Below, in pieces: positions 11,607-23,800 of a DNA stretch of 64,000 nt. The notes beneath the pieces were generated by a model. That model was not told where the DNA came from, ran no database searches, and saw only the letters and a list, made by a program, of their open reading frames with translations. Source of the stretch: Monocercomonoides exilis PA203 (lineage: Eukaryota; Protista; Preaxostyla); NCBI GenBank assembly GCA_001643675.2, contig LSRY02000032.1:744001-808000 (forward strand), written 5' to 3'. A program made the position numbers and the translations under genes. Numbering within the stretch: position 1 is the stretch's first letter; every line of letters begins with the position of its first letter.

Positions 11607-14087
11607 TCAAGTCATATGCTGATCATCTTCCATCTCATTATCTTCTGCACTTTCTTCATCCACATAGAATTGTGAAGTTATAGCTGCTGCAAAATCAGCA
11701 ATATTGTCGTTATCATGCTTTTGGAGCACCATAACATTCTCCAGAATTTCAGAATCTTCAACCTTTTGAAGGATAAATGATAATTTTGCTTCGTCTTCAG
11801 CAGCTGCTTGCTTTGATTTTTGTAAAAGACTGTTGAGTAGCATCAGTGCCATTCCCAACACATCAACCGATTTCTCTCCTTTGATCGGTACAGAAAGAGC
11901 AGAAAAGATTGATCCCCCATTGAACATAGCAATGGCATAAGCTGTTTGAGGGGGTTCCAATTTCACAATGTTGCTGATGACATACAGCGCCTCCAGCTTC
12001 ACTTCAGACAGGTCGCTTCTGATTGTCGTGATGGCTGTGGAGAGAACGCCTGCTGTCAGCAGAAATTTCCTGTCTCCGTTTTTCGTGGCAGCAATGTTGG
12101 ACAAGATGATCAGGCTCTTCCTTCGCACAACAGAATCTGCGGAGAGCACAGAGGAGAGCGTGAGCGGAATTACGCCATTTTCAATCAGGCGATGGATGTG
12201 GCAGTCAGAAGAGGCAGACAGATTGGCAAAGAAGGAAACAAGCTTGTATTCATCACATAAGTTGGGTATGCTAATTTAAAGTCAGTAAATAAATACAAAA
12301 AGAACCAGAAAAATAAAATGAACATTTTTATGATAAGAAATCATCAAAGACAAAAAACTTTCATGTCGTCATTGATAACAAATAGCCCAAACATTAACAG
12401 AATTACAAAAATTTATTTGTTGGATTCTAATTCCAATGAACATCTTCTTGTTCAGAGAGCAACAAACCTCCATAGTTTTATCAGAAACGTGTCAGCTTTC
12501 ACCAAAAAAGACTCTTCAATTCCTTCTTCTTCGTGTGTCAGGCTGAAAAAGGCAGTAAGAATATCCCGAATTGCTATCACTGCTTCTTTTTCAATTATAA
12601 GCTTCATTGAATTAGTTGATGCTGAATCAGATGGAGAAGGAGAGGAAGAGGAAGAGGAAGAGGAAGAAGAGGAAGAAGAAGAGAAAGATGTTGCTGCAGA
12701 TGATGAGGATGAAGCAGAAGCAGAAGCAGAAGCCGAAAAAGAGAACATAATGTCAATTTCCCTTTGCAGAATAGAACATAAGGAATAAGCAACGAGGTGA
12801 TAAAGCGGAGACAAAGAAAAAATGTTTGCCGGCAATGAAGGAGCTGCAATTGATGACTGGAGTGAAGTGCTTGAAGGAAAAGGTGAAATGGGAGCTGATG
12901 TCTTGAAAGGAGAATCTGAGTCAGATAAACTGCCTGATGGCTGAACTTGAGAGAAGATTCCAGCTGAAGGCTGTGCTGAACTCAAAGGAAATGGTGCTGT
13001 ACTTTTCTCTTGTGTGTTTGTAGTGCTTATGGAAGACGATGTGCATTCAGCCATTCCGAGTCCGTGCGCACCTGCTGACATTTGAGTCATGGCCTCCTTT
13101 ATCGCTCGGTAAATGCCTGATGATTCCCATCTGCTTCTCTCTTCTTCTGTTAAGTGAAACTCTCTTATCATCTTTCTAGACTGAAGGCTACTTAGACAGT
13201 TATTCAGGAAAAAGGCAATGTCTCGACCTTCGCTTTTTTGAATGGGTGCTGTGCCATTTGAAGTTGCTTCCATTAGTCCATGAAATATTGAGTGTAGCAC
13301 ATTTTCGGTGATAACATATGATTTTCCAACAGCATCTCCACAGCAATTTGCAAGAATATACCAAACGTTTCCTCTGATTTCTGAACTTGAAGAAAAAAGT
13401 GGAAGAAGCGCTGCCAAAAGCCCTTGATCCAAAAAAAGAAGAGACTGACTTGTGCTTCCGGATGACAAGTTAGAAAAAATGATTAGAGTCGACAGCTGAA
13501 TCGAAGGAACAGAACTGAAGTTCAGAAATTTTATCAAAGAAGGAACAACTCCAGAAGTTGAAATCTTGGAAAATGGAGCAAATTCTAATGAAAAGGATAA
13601 ATAATACGAAAAATTTTGATAAAAAAGGGCTAAAACCTTGAATAACAATGGATTTCAGTTTATCTAAAAATTGTTGAATTCCAGAAACATCATTTGAATT
13701 TAGCAAATCCACAGCAAAAGGAAGATTTTTAATCTAGATTATATAACAACAATAATAAAACAAAAGAAATAATAAACGTTATCAAAAAACTTGGAAAAAT
13801 TTTTATACAAATAATTGATCATCTGATGAAAGCATTTCGCAAGAATCTTGTTTTGTTTCTTTTCTAAACTTGGATATTGTGTCATCCCTCTTTTCTTCTC
13901 GTAGATGAACCACTACATTAGATCCATTGCGCTTGAGATGTTCTTCAAACGTTTCAACTTTAAAATATTTAATGTTTACGAATAAAAATCTTTATAAATT
14001 TAAAAATTCATTCAAAATTAATGACTTACTATTTTCAAATTCTTTTTTCCTTAAATTTGCTCTGTCTTCAATTGTCCAAGGAAACAT
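11607..14087 (-). CDS. Importin-alpha-like armadillo-repeat protein; multi-exon
   Basis: ATG at 14087. IBB-like segment VVVHLREEKRDD; ARM repeats GVVPSLIKFL, IFSNLSSG, WYILANCCGD, ILSNIAA, EALYVISN; ends LQKHDNDNI plus acidic tail. Confidence 0.75.
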
Positions 14088-14269
14088 TTAAGCCTTTTTA
14101 ATCTGCAGATTTTTTTTTAATATGGTATAACATTTCATTCAATTCCTTCTTTTCTTGAATTACAAAGCTTTAATCGCAAATCATGATCATATTTTTGTAT
14201 TTTTTCAAATATGTTCATACCCTCTTTTTTTAAAGGGGGAATATATTGATCAATAAAAAAGATTTTCCA

Positions 14270-16738
14270 ATGATATTCGAATTATTGCTCATAGGATTGT
14301 CATTGGCAGGCAAACAAGAGTTTTCTATAGATGTTAATGTGCACATGACGAAAGTTGGGAGCTTGTACGCTTCTCCTGATGGAACTGTGTGCACAAAGCT
14401 TAACTTCATTTTTTAATGATTTTCTTCCTTCTTTAGAAAGTTGCCTTTACAGCAAAAGTTTTAGATGACAATACACAAAAGAGAAATTCAAAATTATATC
14501 TTCAATATTTGTCAGGAGGGGATCCTGTTTGCCTGATGGAAAATGAAGCTTTCAGTGTTACAGATTTTGCTTGGGGTCCCGACAGCGAAACCATTGCATT
14601 TTTGAGTTCTGCTGATGCAAAGTCAATCTTTCTTTATTCGATAAAATCAAAGACCTTTGAAACAGTTGCGAGTTTTCCTGTTTCAATCGGAAATCTTCGC
14701 TGGAGCAAAAGAGGTGGAATTATGACATTTTCTGCCCTAGTTTACCCAGGCATGACAATGCAAGAATCTGCTGATTTTGCTATACAAAGAGCAAAATATG
14801 GCTCAGATGCAATTGCTTATGATAGAGCGCCTGTGTATTTTTGGGATCACTTTGTAACTGTTTGCATTCTTTTGACAAAACAAGTTTTATGCTATACTTT
14901 TTTCCAAATTTCAAGGGTGATGCTAATCATTTATTCTTCATTAAAGTTAATTTGGAAACAAAGAAATTCGGACCGGATGCCACAGATATCATGAATAAAT
15001 TTGAAGGTGATTGCCCCGAAAGGACTTTTGGCTCTAAATTATCATACGATATTTCTGAAAACGATAAGTTTATCACATATTCTGCTCAGCCCGAAGCTGT
15101 GGAACCGTGGTCGGTAAGAAAACATGTTTATGTTTACTCAATTCCTGAAAATGATGATCCAAAAAGAGAAGCTATGTGCTTGACTTGCGGAAAATCAGGA
15201 ATGCACACAAGCCCAATATTTTCACCAACTGGACGTTTTGTTGCGATGCTGAAGTCAAAAGATGACTATGATGAGTCAGAATACTCGAAGCTTCTTTTGT
15301 ATGATTTGCTAACGAAAGAGGAGAAGACTTATCTGGAAAACTGGGATGAGCTTCCATCAAGCATTCATTGGAGCGCACATCTACCGGATAAAATTATTAT
15401 TACAACGAGCTCGAAGGGAAGAGGTGTGATTCAAAAATTGTGGTTAATTTTCTAACATTTTGTTTTTAAAAATTTCTGTAATATTAAAATTGTTTTCACA
15501 TGAAATGAACACATCCATAATTAAATTTTCTCTCTACGAATCTCAAATATTTCTGAAATTTGATGTTGATAGGCCGTGTGGTTTCATTGGATGTGGGAAC
15601 AGGGAAGATTGATTCAAGCAATGATGCCTATTCCGTCAGCAGCTGCCAGATGGTCAGCAAAAAGCGGATGGTTTATCTGAAGTCAACATACACCCACCCA
15701 GTTGACGTGTGGGCAGGAAACTTGGTGAAAGGAGAGGAAGGATTGGAAGAGGTGCAACTGACAAACATGAACAAAGAAGTGATGGAAAACTTGGCAACAC
15801 CTTTGATTGAGCCAATTGAAGTGTTTTTCGATGGAGCACTGAAAGAGAAAGGGCAAGTGCAGGGCTGGTACTTCCCACCAAAGGATCGCAAGGAAGGAGA
15901 CGGGAAGAAATATCCACTGTTGGTGTGGATTCATGGCGGTCCAGAGAGCTCATGGGAGGCATCGTGGTCAGACAGATGGAATCCTGAGTGCATGTTGATG
16001 CAGTCAAACTTTGGCATGTTTTTGCCGAACATTCACGGCTCGACTGGTTTTGGTGAGGAGTTTACGAAGGCTGTGAGAGACAATTGGTCAACACACCCGC
16101 TGGATGATGTGGTTGCTGGAAGAAAAGCTATTCTCGCCAAGTTCGATTATCTCGATCCGAAAAAGACTGCTGCAATGGGAGGCTCATTTGGAGGGTACAT
16201 GGTGAATCTTATCCAGTCACAGGACTCCACAAACAACAAAGAGGAGAGCAAAAACCCATTCGCTGCCTTGGTGTGCCACGATGGAACATACGACTCTCCA
16301 CAGCACATGTACGAGTCTGATGTGTTCTTCTTTGGAACAACCGAGTTTGGGAAGCCCGCGTGGGAGGATCGTGCAGTGTATGAGAAGCATTCACCGTCAC
16401 ATGCTGATGGTGCTGGAAAATGGTCGACGCCTCAGCTGACGTTCCACGGACTGAAGGACTACAGATGCGCAAGAGGACAAGGCATTGGAATATTCACTGT
16501 GCTGCAAAGAGTTGGGTGCCCGTCACGTCTTGTGATGTTCCCAGATGAGAATCATTGGGTTCTTAACCCCTACAACTCTATTGAGTGGTATCATGACTCA
16601 TTGAATTGGCTGAAGAAATACTTGAGCGATGCAGAGGTTGAAGCAACATTGGCCAGAAACGCAGCTATGAAGAGTAAGAGCACTGAGGTTGCATCACAGA
16701 AAAAAGTGTCAAATGACTGGCTTCCAGATGAATTGTGA
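14270..16738 (+). CDS. Secreted S9C prolyl oligopeptidase family (dipeptidyl-peptidase V / acylaminoacyl-peptidase-like); 3 introns
   Basis: Signal-like N-terminus MIFELLLIGLSLAG; beta-propeller repeats (SPDG, WGPDS, FSPTG); IHGGPE; catalytic GGSFGG (Ser), DYRC (Asp), ENHW (His). Confidence 0.9.
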
Positions 16739-17296
16739 TGGAACCTTAAAGTCAAATGAACATTAGCTTTTTGTTTTATTAATGCATTTAACACTTAGAG
16801 AGTTTCTTATTTTATTGCTTAGGAGCATTTTGGTTTCTTGACTTTTGAACAGTTTTCTGACAATCTGACTTTTTTAATAACTTCTCACACACATCACAAG
16901 AGGAATATTACCCTTCAATTCATCATGATCATTCTACAGACTTATTTCTATAAAGGTACTTTATTCACTTACTTCAGTTTTTTTTTACAGAGGCTGAAAT
17001 AAAAGATGAAGATACAAGAGAGAGAAATACAAGAGTATATTTGGTTATATAACTCATTGTTTACTATAACACGCAAAAATTGCCTATTATGTAGAAAGTG
17101 TGGTGAAGATGAAAACGAACAATCAGACAAACAACAACAAAAGTTAGAAGACAAAAAGATGAACAGAGAAAAATAACATTTTTGCAGATTAACTTTGGGG
17201 TGGTACAGAAAACGACAAAAGAAGAAATTTTATTTTTTAAAAAGAGAAAATAAGACAGAAGCAATCAAAGAAATTCACTTGTAACCTCAAGCCTTT

Positions 17297-20200
17297 CTAA
17301 TGACATGCTCCCTGTTTCGTGCACATTTCCTCCTCTTCCTCTCCGTCTTCCCTTTGCGACATGTACGAAACAGGCCTCTTTTGCTGTGCACCGTCACGTC
17401 TCGATTTTGGTGTAGTCTTATGAACGGTCTTATGCACAGTGGACTTTGCTGATTTCGGATGCTTGCTGTTTCCCTTTTCGTTTTCATTGTTGTTTTTGTC
17501 ATTGTTTTTGCTTGTCTGTTGCTTGTTCGCATTCGCATTCACATTCACCTTCTTTGCAACATTCCAAGTTTTGCGTTTGTTCTCCGCCAACTCCATGAAA
17601 GCGATCGCATATTCCTTTGCTTTTTCCCAGAAAGAAATGTTCATACGCCAAATCTTCGTCAGAACATTGCTGTACACATGCATCACCTCCTTCCGCACTC
17701 TCATCAGAAACTGCCACGGCTGCACAAACACCGTATTAATCATCTGCTTTGCACCAAACGATAAGTGGATGTTGTCTTTTAGCATTTGATACTTCTCCTT
17801 CACAAAGTTTGTCATCGGGGCATATGCATTCCTATTCACAATATCATAATAAGCATGCACTTTTGAGTAAAACTCACCAACTGGCTCTTTGATGTGTGGA
17901 GGCAGCTTCCCGTATTCAGTCACTACAATCGTCTTCGCATCTTCGTGGAAGGCAAACAGCACAATCGCCCAAAACGCAAAACTGAAAGTCATCTTTAACA
18001 CACTACCAATAAACCCGCAGAATCCATTTCCTCCTTTTTTCGATTTTGATCTGCCACTCTTCTCATCAGCCTTCCTTTTGTCTGCTTTGTGTGAGTGTGC
18101 TCCGTTGGCATCTGACTCATCGTCGCTCTCATCAGCAAACAGGTCATCGTAGTCGTCTTCGTCGTCATAGTCAGACCACTCTGCATCATAGTCTTCAAAG
18201 GCCTCATCCTCCTCATCGTGCTCTTTGAAGTCTCCCTTTCCTGTCAGCTGCTTCTGCTTCTTCGCATCTGCTTGCTCCATCTTCTTCGTCACAACAGCAT
18301 AATCTTCAGTAAGCTCAACAACTTTGCTGGCTGCACGCATTGCAAGCAGAGCTGCCTCCACTTCGACAGTAACAGAGACTTCAATCTCTTTCTTGTGGAT
18401 GTCCACACCTTTTGCCTCTTCCTCTTCATCTGCCACTGCTTTTGCCCCCTTTTTGCCCTTTGCCGGATTCTTTGCTTTTGTCTTTTCTTCTTCTGCGTTC
18501 TTTCTCTTGAGAAACTCTGGTCTGTACACTTTCCTCAGGATGTGGTGCATCCTCCGCCCAAACTCGTGCCAGTCTGCTCCGTTGTTGTCCAGAAACTCTG
18601 CGACTTCAGACTCCGCTGGAAGATCATCTTCTGAACCAGCTTCTGAAGAAGGCTCAGCAGAATCAGAAGAGTCAGAAGAAGACTGCTTAGGCTTTGGTAC
18701 TGGTGCTGGTGCTGGTGCTTCGTCGTTCATTTCCTGCAGAATGAACGGGAAGAAGTTCAAAATCCAGAGGAGCGTGTGAAGCAACGGTGTGCAGATGGTT
18801 GGCTCAGTTGTGTCTACAAGCGAAAGAGGGAATGTTTCGCCTGTCTTTTTCGATGCGTTCGAAGAAGTTGAACGAGCCTGAAGCTTCAGCTGAGCGGTTG
18901 TTCGAGGCAGAGCTCTCTCGATCTCATTTGCAAGCACCTGAAGAGGCGTCTCCTGATCCTCGTCTTCTGGCAGGCACGTCGCAAAGGACATGATCCACTC
19001 CATCAGAAGCCGCTGCATGTGCCCGCCAACAGCCACACGCTGCTGTTCAATCAGAGAAGCAGACAAAGCAACTGTGTGGATTAAACAGCGCGTCGCAACA
19101 TCTGCTCGCTGGCTGTCTGAAATGAACTGGTGGCAGCTGTGCAGGATGGCCAGCACAGACATCGTGACTGCATTTGGGTTGTCCAAATTCATCGCAACGT
19201 CGCAGAACGAGTAAGGCATCACAAACACATGCTTTGATGATGGCTCAGCGACTGGGGGGTGATATTCGTGGTGTTTGAGGTAGAAAGCAGTGATCACATC
19301 AGCGCGTCTGGGGATGTCGAACGTGAGCTGCTCGTGCATGTGCCTCTTCCGCGTCTTCGCACAGAGCCTCTTCCACTGTGTGACTAGGCTGTCTTTGTGG
19401 TCCTTCCCGGTGTCTCCAGACAGCGCAATAACCGCATCGAGCCAGTCTTTGTCGGTTGCTTCTGCGCCAGCATCACGTGCAGAGCAGAAGTGTGCCTCGA
19501 CCATCCGGTAGCACAGGCGGAGACGAGGGGGCGAGTGCGGAGAGGCAGCAAGCGGGAAGAGATAGCGGAAGAACAGCGGGAGACTGTGGTTTAAGGGTTG
19601 ATTGCTTGTTTTTGCTGTAGAGGAGGAGGATGAATTAGCAGATGGCAGCGCTGATGGACAATTCAGCTGCCCTGCAATAAAAAATGCCATTTTTTCGTCG
19701 TACGTTAGGTACTGGTCGAACTCAACTTTGTCTTTTTCGTCATTTGAAGAAGAGCTGGATGACTTTGCAGCTTTCTTAGATTTTGCATTTCCTGACTCGT
19801 TCGATGCCAATTCAGCAACAAAATAATCTTTTCCCAACATTTTTGTTTTTCCATTGACCGAAAACGGAAGTGTTTGATTCGGATTTAATGAGAAAATATC
19901 TTCGAAATATTTTTCAAAGTAGGCTAATGCACAACTTGGGCGAGCTCGAACAATTACTTGAATCATCGTTTCAGATACAGCTTTATCAATCTTCTCCAAA
20001 GAATTCTTCCTTATCAGCTTATTCATTTCTGTAATTAGCTTGCGTATAAACGATATGATTTCTTGTTCAGAATCTATTGATGAAATGAATCTGGCTAAAG
20101 GTGCCAGAGAATCATTAGGAAACATTTCCATTGAACCACCGATAAAACGATTATACTTAGAAAGTGAGGTAATTGGGGATGCTTCCTTGAACTGAGGTGA

Positions 20201-20688
20201 CTTTAGCGTGGTTGCAATCTTTTCAGTTATAACCTCAAGTCTTCGTGTTGTTTGATCTGGATAGGCTTCCTTCACCTGGTTGACGATATTCTGACATTGC
20301 GCTTGACTAAATATAACTGAACCCTGTTTTGATGTCTTTTTTGGCTTTGCTTGGCTTTTTGGTTCTTTCTTTTTGATAGTGGTTGAAAAATCGAGTGCTT
20401 TAAACACTCCAAATTGTCCTTCTTCAAATTCTGGTAAGTTTCGAATTTTTCTTCTTTGCATGTATCTTTCTCTTTCAATCTCTGTAAAAAGCAATAGAAT
20501 ATCAAAATATTTGAAAAGAAGATCTGTAACAAACTTGCAGCAGCTTTTCGTTGAAGATAAGCTCTTGCAGACGGTTTAGTTACAACAACAGGCGCAATCG
20601 GAGCAATTACTCTTGGTTTTGCAGCCTTTTGGGGCCTGTTTTTTGGCTGGCGAGAGCGAGCAACTTTCCATCCTTCGTCACTATCCAT
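17297..20688 (-). CDS. Membrane protein of unknown function, possibly TMEM214-like; one 5' intron
   Basis: N-terminal GWKVARSR in the 20272-20688 ORF, spliced near 20483-20537 to the 1065-aa ORF. Acidic block, then TM segment near the C-terminus. The TMEM214 resemblance rests on the N-terminal motif and layout only. Confidence 0.55.
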
Positions 20689-20884
20689 TCCAAATCAATG
20701 TCGGTGTAATAATCCTTATATAATGGTATAATTATGATCAATTTTCTGAACTGTTTTCATTATGAATAGCATATTCAAATGCCTTTTCTCCAACAAATAA
20801 GCATTTTTTAAAAATGAAATTTTAAATATTAAAACAGTCAGGGGATGGATCAATTGCAGTTCATTCATTTCCTTTTTATTGGAA

Positions 20885-23800
20885 ATGTCTGGCCTTAATC
20901 AAATTCAGCACAGAGACAAAAAGATCTCTTTTATGGCTCAGCCTTTTAGACAACAAAAAATAGGAGATGAAACATCCATAATGCTGAGTCAGTCGCCTGA
21001 ACATTTTTCACCTTCTATTCCTTCACCCTCCACATTACTAATAAAATCTCTTGTTTCAAAGCATTCAGAATTTCCTTTTACGTCCAATGCAACTTTTGAT
21101 GCCTCGAAAATTCCTTTAGTTTCTAGCAAGCAACTTCATTCTTCATTTCAGCATGAAACTTCGAAAACTAATTCAGAAAATGGTTTATCTTTCGTTCAGA
21201 CTATGGATCAAAATGTCCAATACCAAAAACAAAAAAAGCTTTACGAAGGATCGTCCTCTTCCTCAATAACGTTGCGTTCTCCTCTCAATAATTCATTTGA
21301 TAAAAATTCAAAGATTCAAATACAAATGAATGATTCTTCCGATAAAACCACTACCAGTAGCAGTCAATATTCAGACGGCTTTCAATATTCTGTTAAAGTT
21401 CCACTTTCGCCGTTATTTCAAATTAATCATCATTTTTTCTTGTTCTTTTTATCACTACAAGATACTTATTCTCCTCTTTTTCCACTTTCACTTGACCCCA
21501 CAATTTCTTCAAACTCAGATATCGTTTCACAAGTAAAACATTCCAGAACGGCGTCAGGAGATGGACTCTCGAAGTCAAAATTGAAGTCTCGTCTTCTACC
21601 AATGTTGATCGACGAACACAGCGAAGCAGAAGGAACAGAAACCGAAGAAGACATAGAATTGGATTTCCCTTTCGAATCTGGTTTTTTCTCGCACCCGTGG
21701 CTGAAAAGTGCAAATGGAGTGTACGACTACATTGATCCATTTCAAATCACCAGCGATCCTAATCATCCTGGACAACCAATAGTATCTCTTGTGCCTGCTG
21801 CATTCGATTCACAAATTCCAACAGCAGTTGCCAAAAAAATCGTAAAAGAAGACATGGATGTGCTGAATCCTGTGCAGTTCTCGCCAATGTGGAGACGGGA
21901 GCTGATGAGGAAGTCGTATCCTTCTCTTTCAAAGGAATCAGCATCAGACAGCAAAGTTGCCCCTCTGCCGGCCAACACATCTTCCACAACAAATACTTTC
22001 AATCCATCCTCAAATGCACTTCATCCTTTCACCCCCTCCCTCGCTTCGCCAAGTGTGTCTCTTCTCCCTCAACTTGTCTACAACGAGTCTGTTCAGAACA
22101 GGCTGGCTCTTTTGACAGGCGAGCGCCGCATCAGAGAAGAGCTGCTGTCTGTCGAGATCAACAACTACATCCGCTTCATCTCTCTCACCAAAGCCGACTG
22201 CCTCGCCCGTTTCTTCCTCGTCGACCGCGTTTCTGAGTGTGTGCATGCTGTGGATCGCATCATCCAGCAGGAGAGGAAGTTGGCTGGATTGCACTCATCT
22301 TCTGCATCTGCAAGCGATGCTGAGTACGGAGAAGCCAGCGGAGACATCAGCAGCTTTGAGAGCGACGAAGAGGAATCCACCTCAAATGCTCATTCAGCAC
22401 AAAAGCAGCAGCAGCCGCGGAGGAGGAAGAGGAAGAAGAAAGATGCCGTGTGTCTGTTTGTGTATGGCTCGTTCTCATCTTATCTGTCTCTTCCTCGCAG
22501 CGATGTGGACTTCACCATTGTGTCTGCAGAGCAGGCGAGGTACATCCGCCGCACACAGCGTCTCATCCGCGGGCTGTTTGAGTGCTGGTACGGAGAGCAG
22601 TTCACAAAGGGGCTGCAGAAGCAGAAGCAGATGCTGAGCAAGCAAATAAAGGGGAAGAAAAAAGAAGGGAAAAATGGAGCTAAGAGCAAGAATAAGCTGA
22701 CGGATGAAGAAGTTAAAGAGAAAGAGAAAGACAACAAGGACAACAAAGATAGTAAAGACGATAGGGGTGACCAAGATTCTCTGTTTATCCCACCTGAATA
22801 TGTTGTGTGGAAGAGCCAGCTAGATCAGCTGACAGCACAAGGCGTGGCCATGTTAAGAACAGCCCATGCTTCCATCTGTCCAATCTGCGGGCGAGTGCTG
22901 TTTGGAGAGTTATGCGACTGTGAGACAGACGTGGCGCTTCGTGTTGACCAGCTGCCTGTCTCCTCTTCACCTTCCAAGACTCCCTCTCCTTTTGCTTCAT
23001 CAACACTCTCATCATCAGCATCCTCATTGAATGATAGAATCTCCTTCTGTGATGCAGACGATGTCATCAACACGCGGCAGCTGCTCAGCCAGCCGCTGTC
23101 TGCCGATCTGCAGCACATGTTGGACTTCGGCCTGCCCATCGTGCGGAGCGAGAAAGTGCTCAAGACGCCTGCCCATCTGATGAACCCGACTTCAAATGAT
23201 CTGATACACTTCGTGAACCCTTCAGAGACAGAGGCAATCAACAGGCTTGTCTGCTCTTCGCAGGCTCTTCATAGTCATTTGAAAACAGACACGAAATCTG
23301 CAGTCACTTCAAATACATCAAACACCCCCACTTCATCTCCCACGTCAGTCAACGTGCATTCCTCTGAACTCGCCAATGCTTCTTCTGGCTCTTCCAGCTC
23401 CACTTCAGTCGATCCACCACCATCATCATCTTCTTCTTCTTCCTCTTCCTCTTCCTCTTCTACTTCTTCGTCCTCATCTCATTTCACTCCGCTGGCCAAT
23501 CATTCACCAACCCAGCCTCCTCCATCTCCCCACCCATCATTCCTCTCCTCCTTGTCCACACACCACTTCTTCCTCCCCGCCGGCCCTGCGCCTTCCCATT
23601 CAGACACCCTCACCTTCTTAGAGAAGCTGTACAAGGAGCTTCTAAAGACGTCCCTCGGCTCAGCCGCCAAGTTCATCTCGACAGCGCGTGTGCCCATCAT
23701 CAAGATCGACGACCCCACCACCACTGTCCACGCAGACATCGGCTACGGCTCTCTCTCTGGCATTGTCAACACAGACTTCCTCCGCTGCATCCTCATCGTG

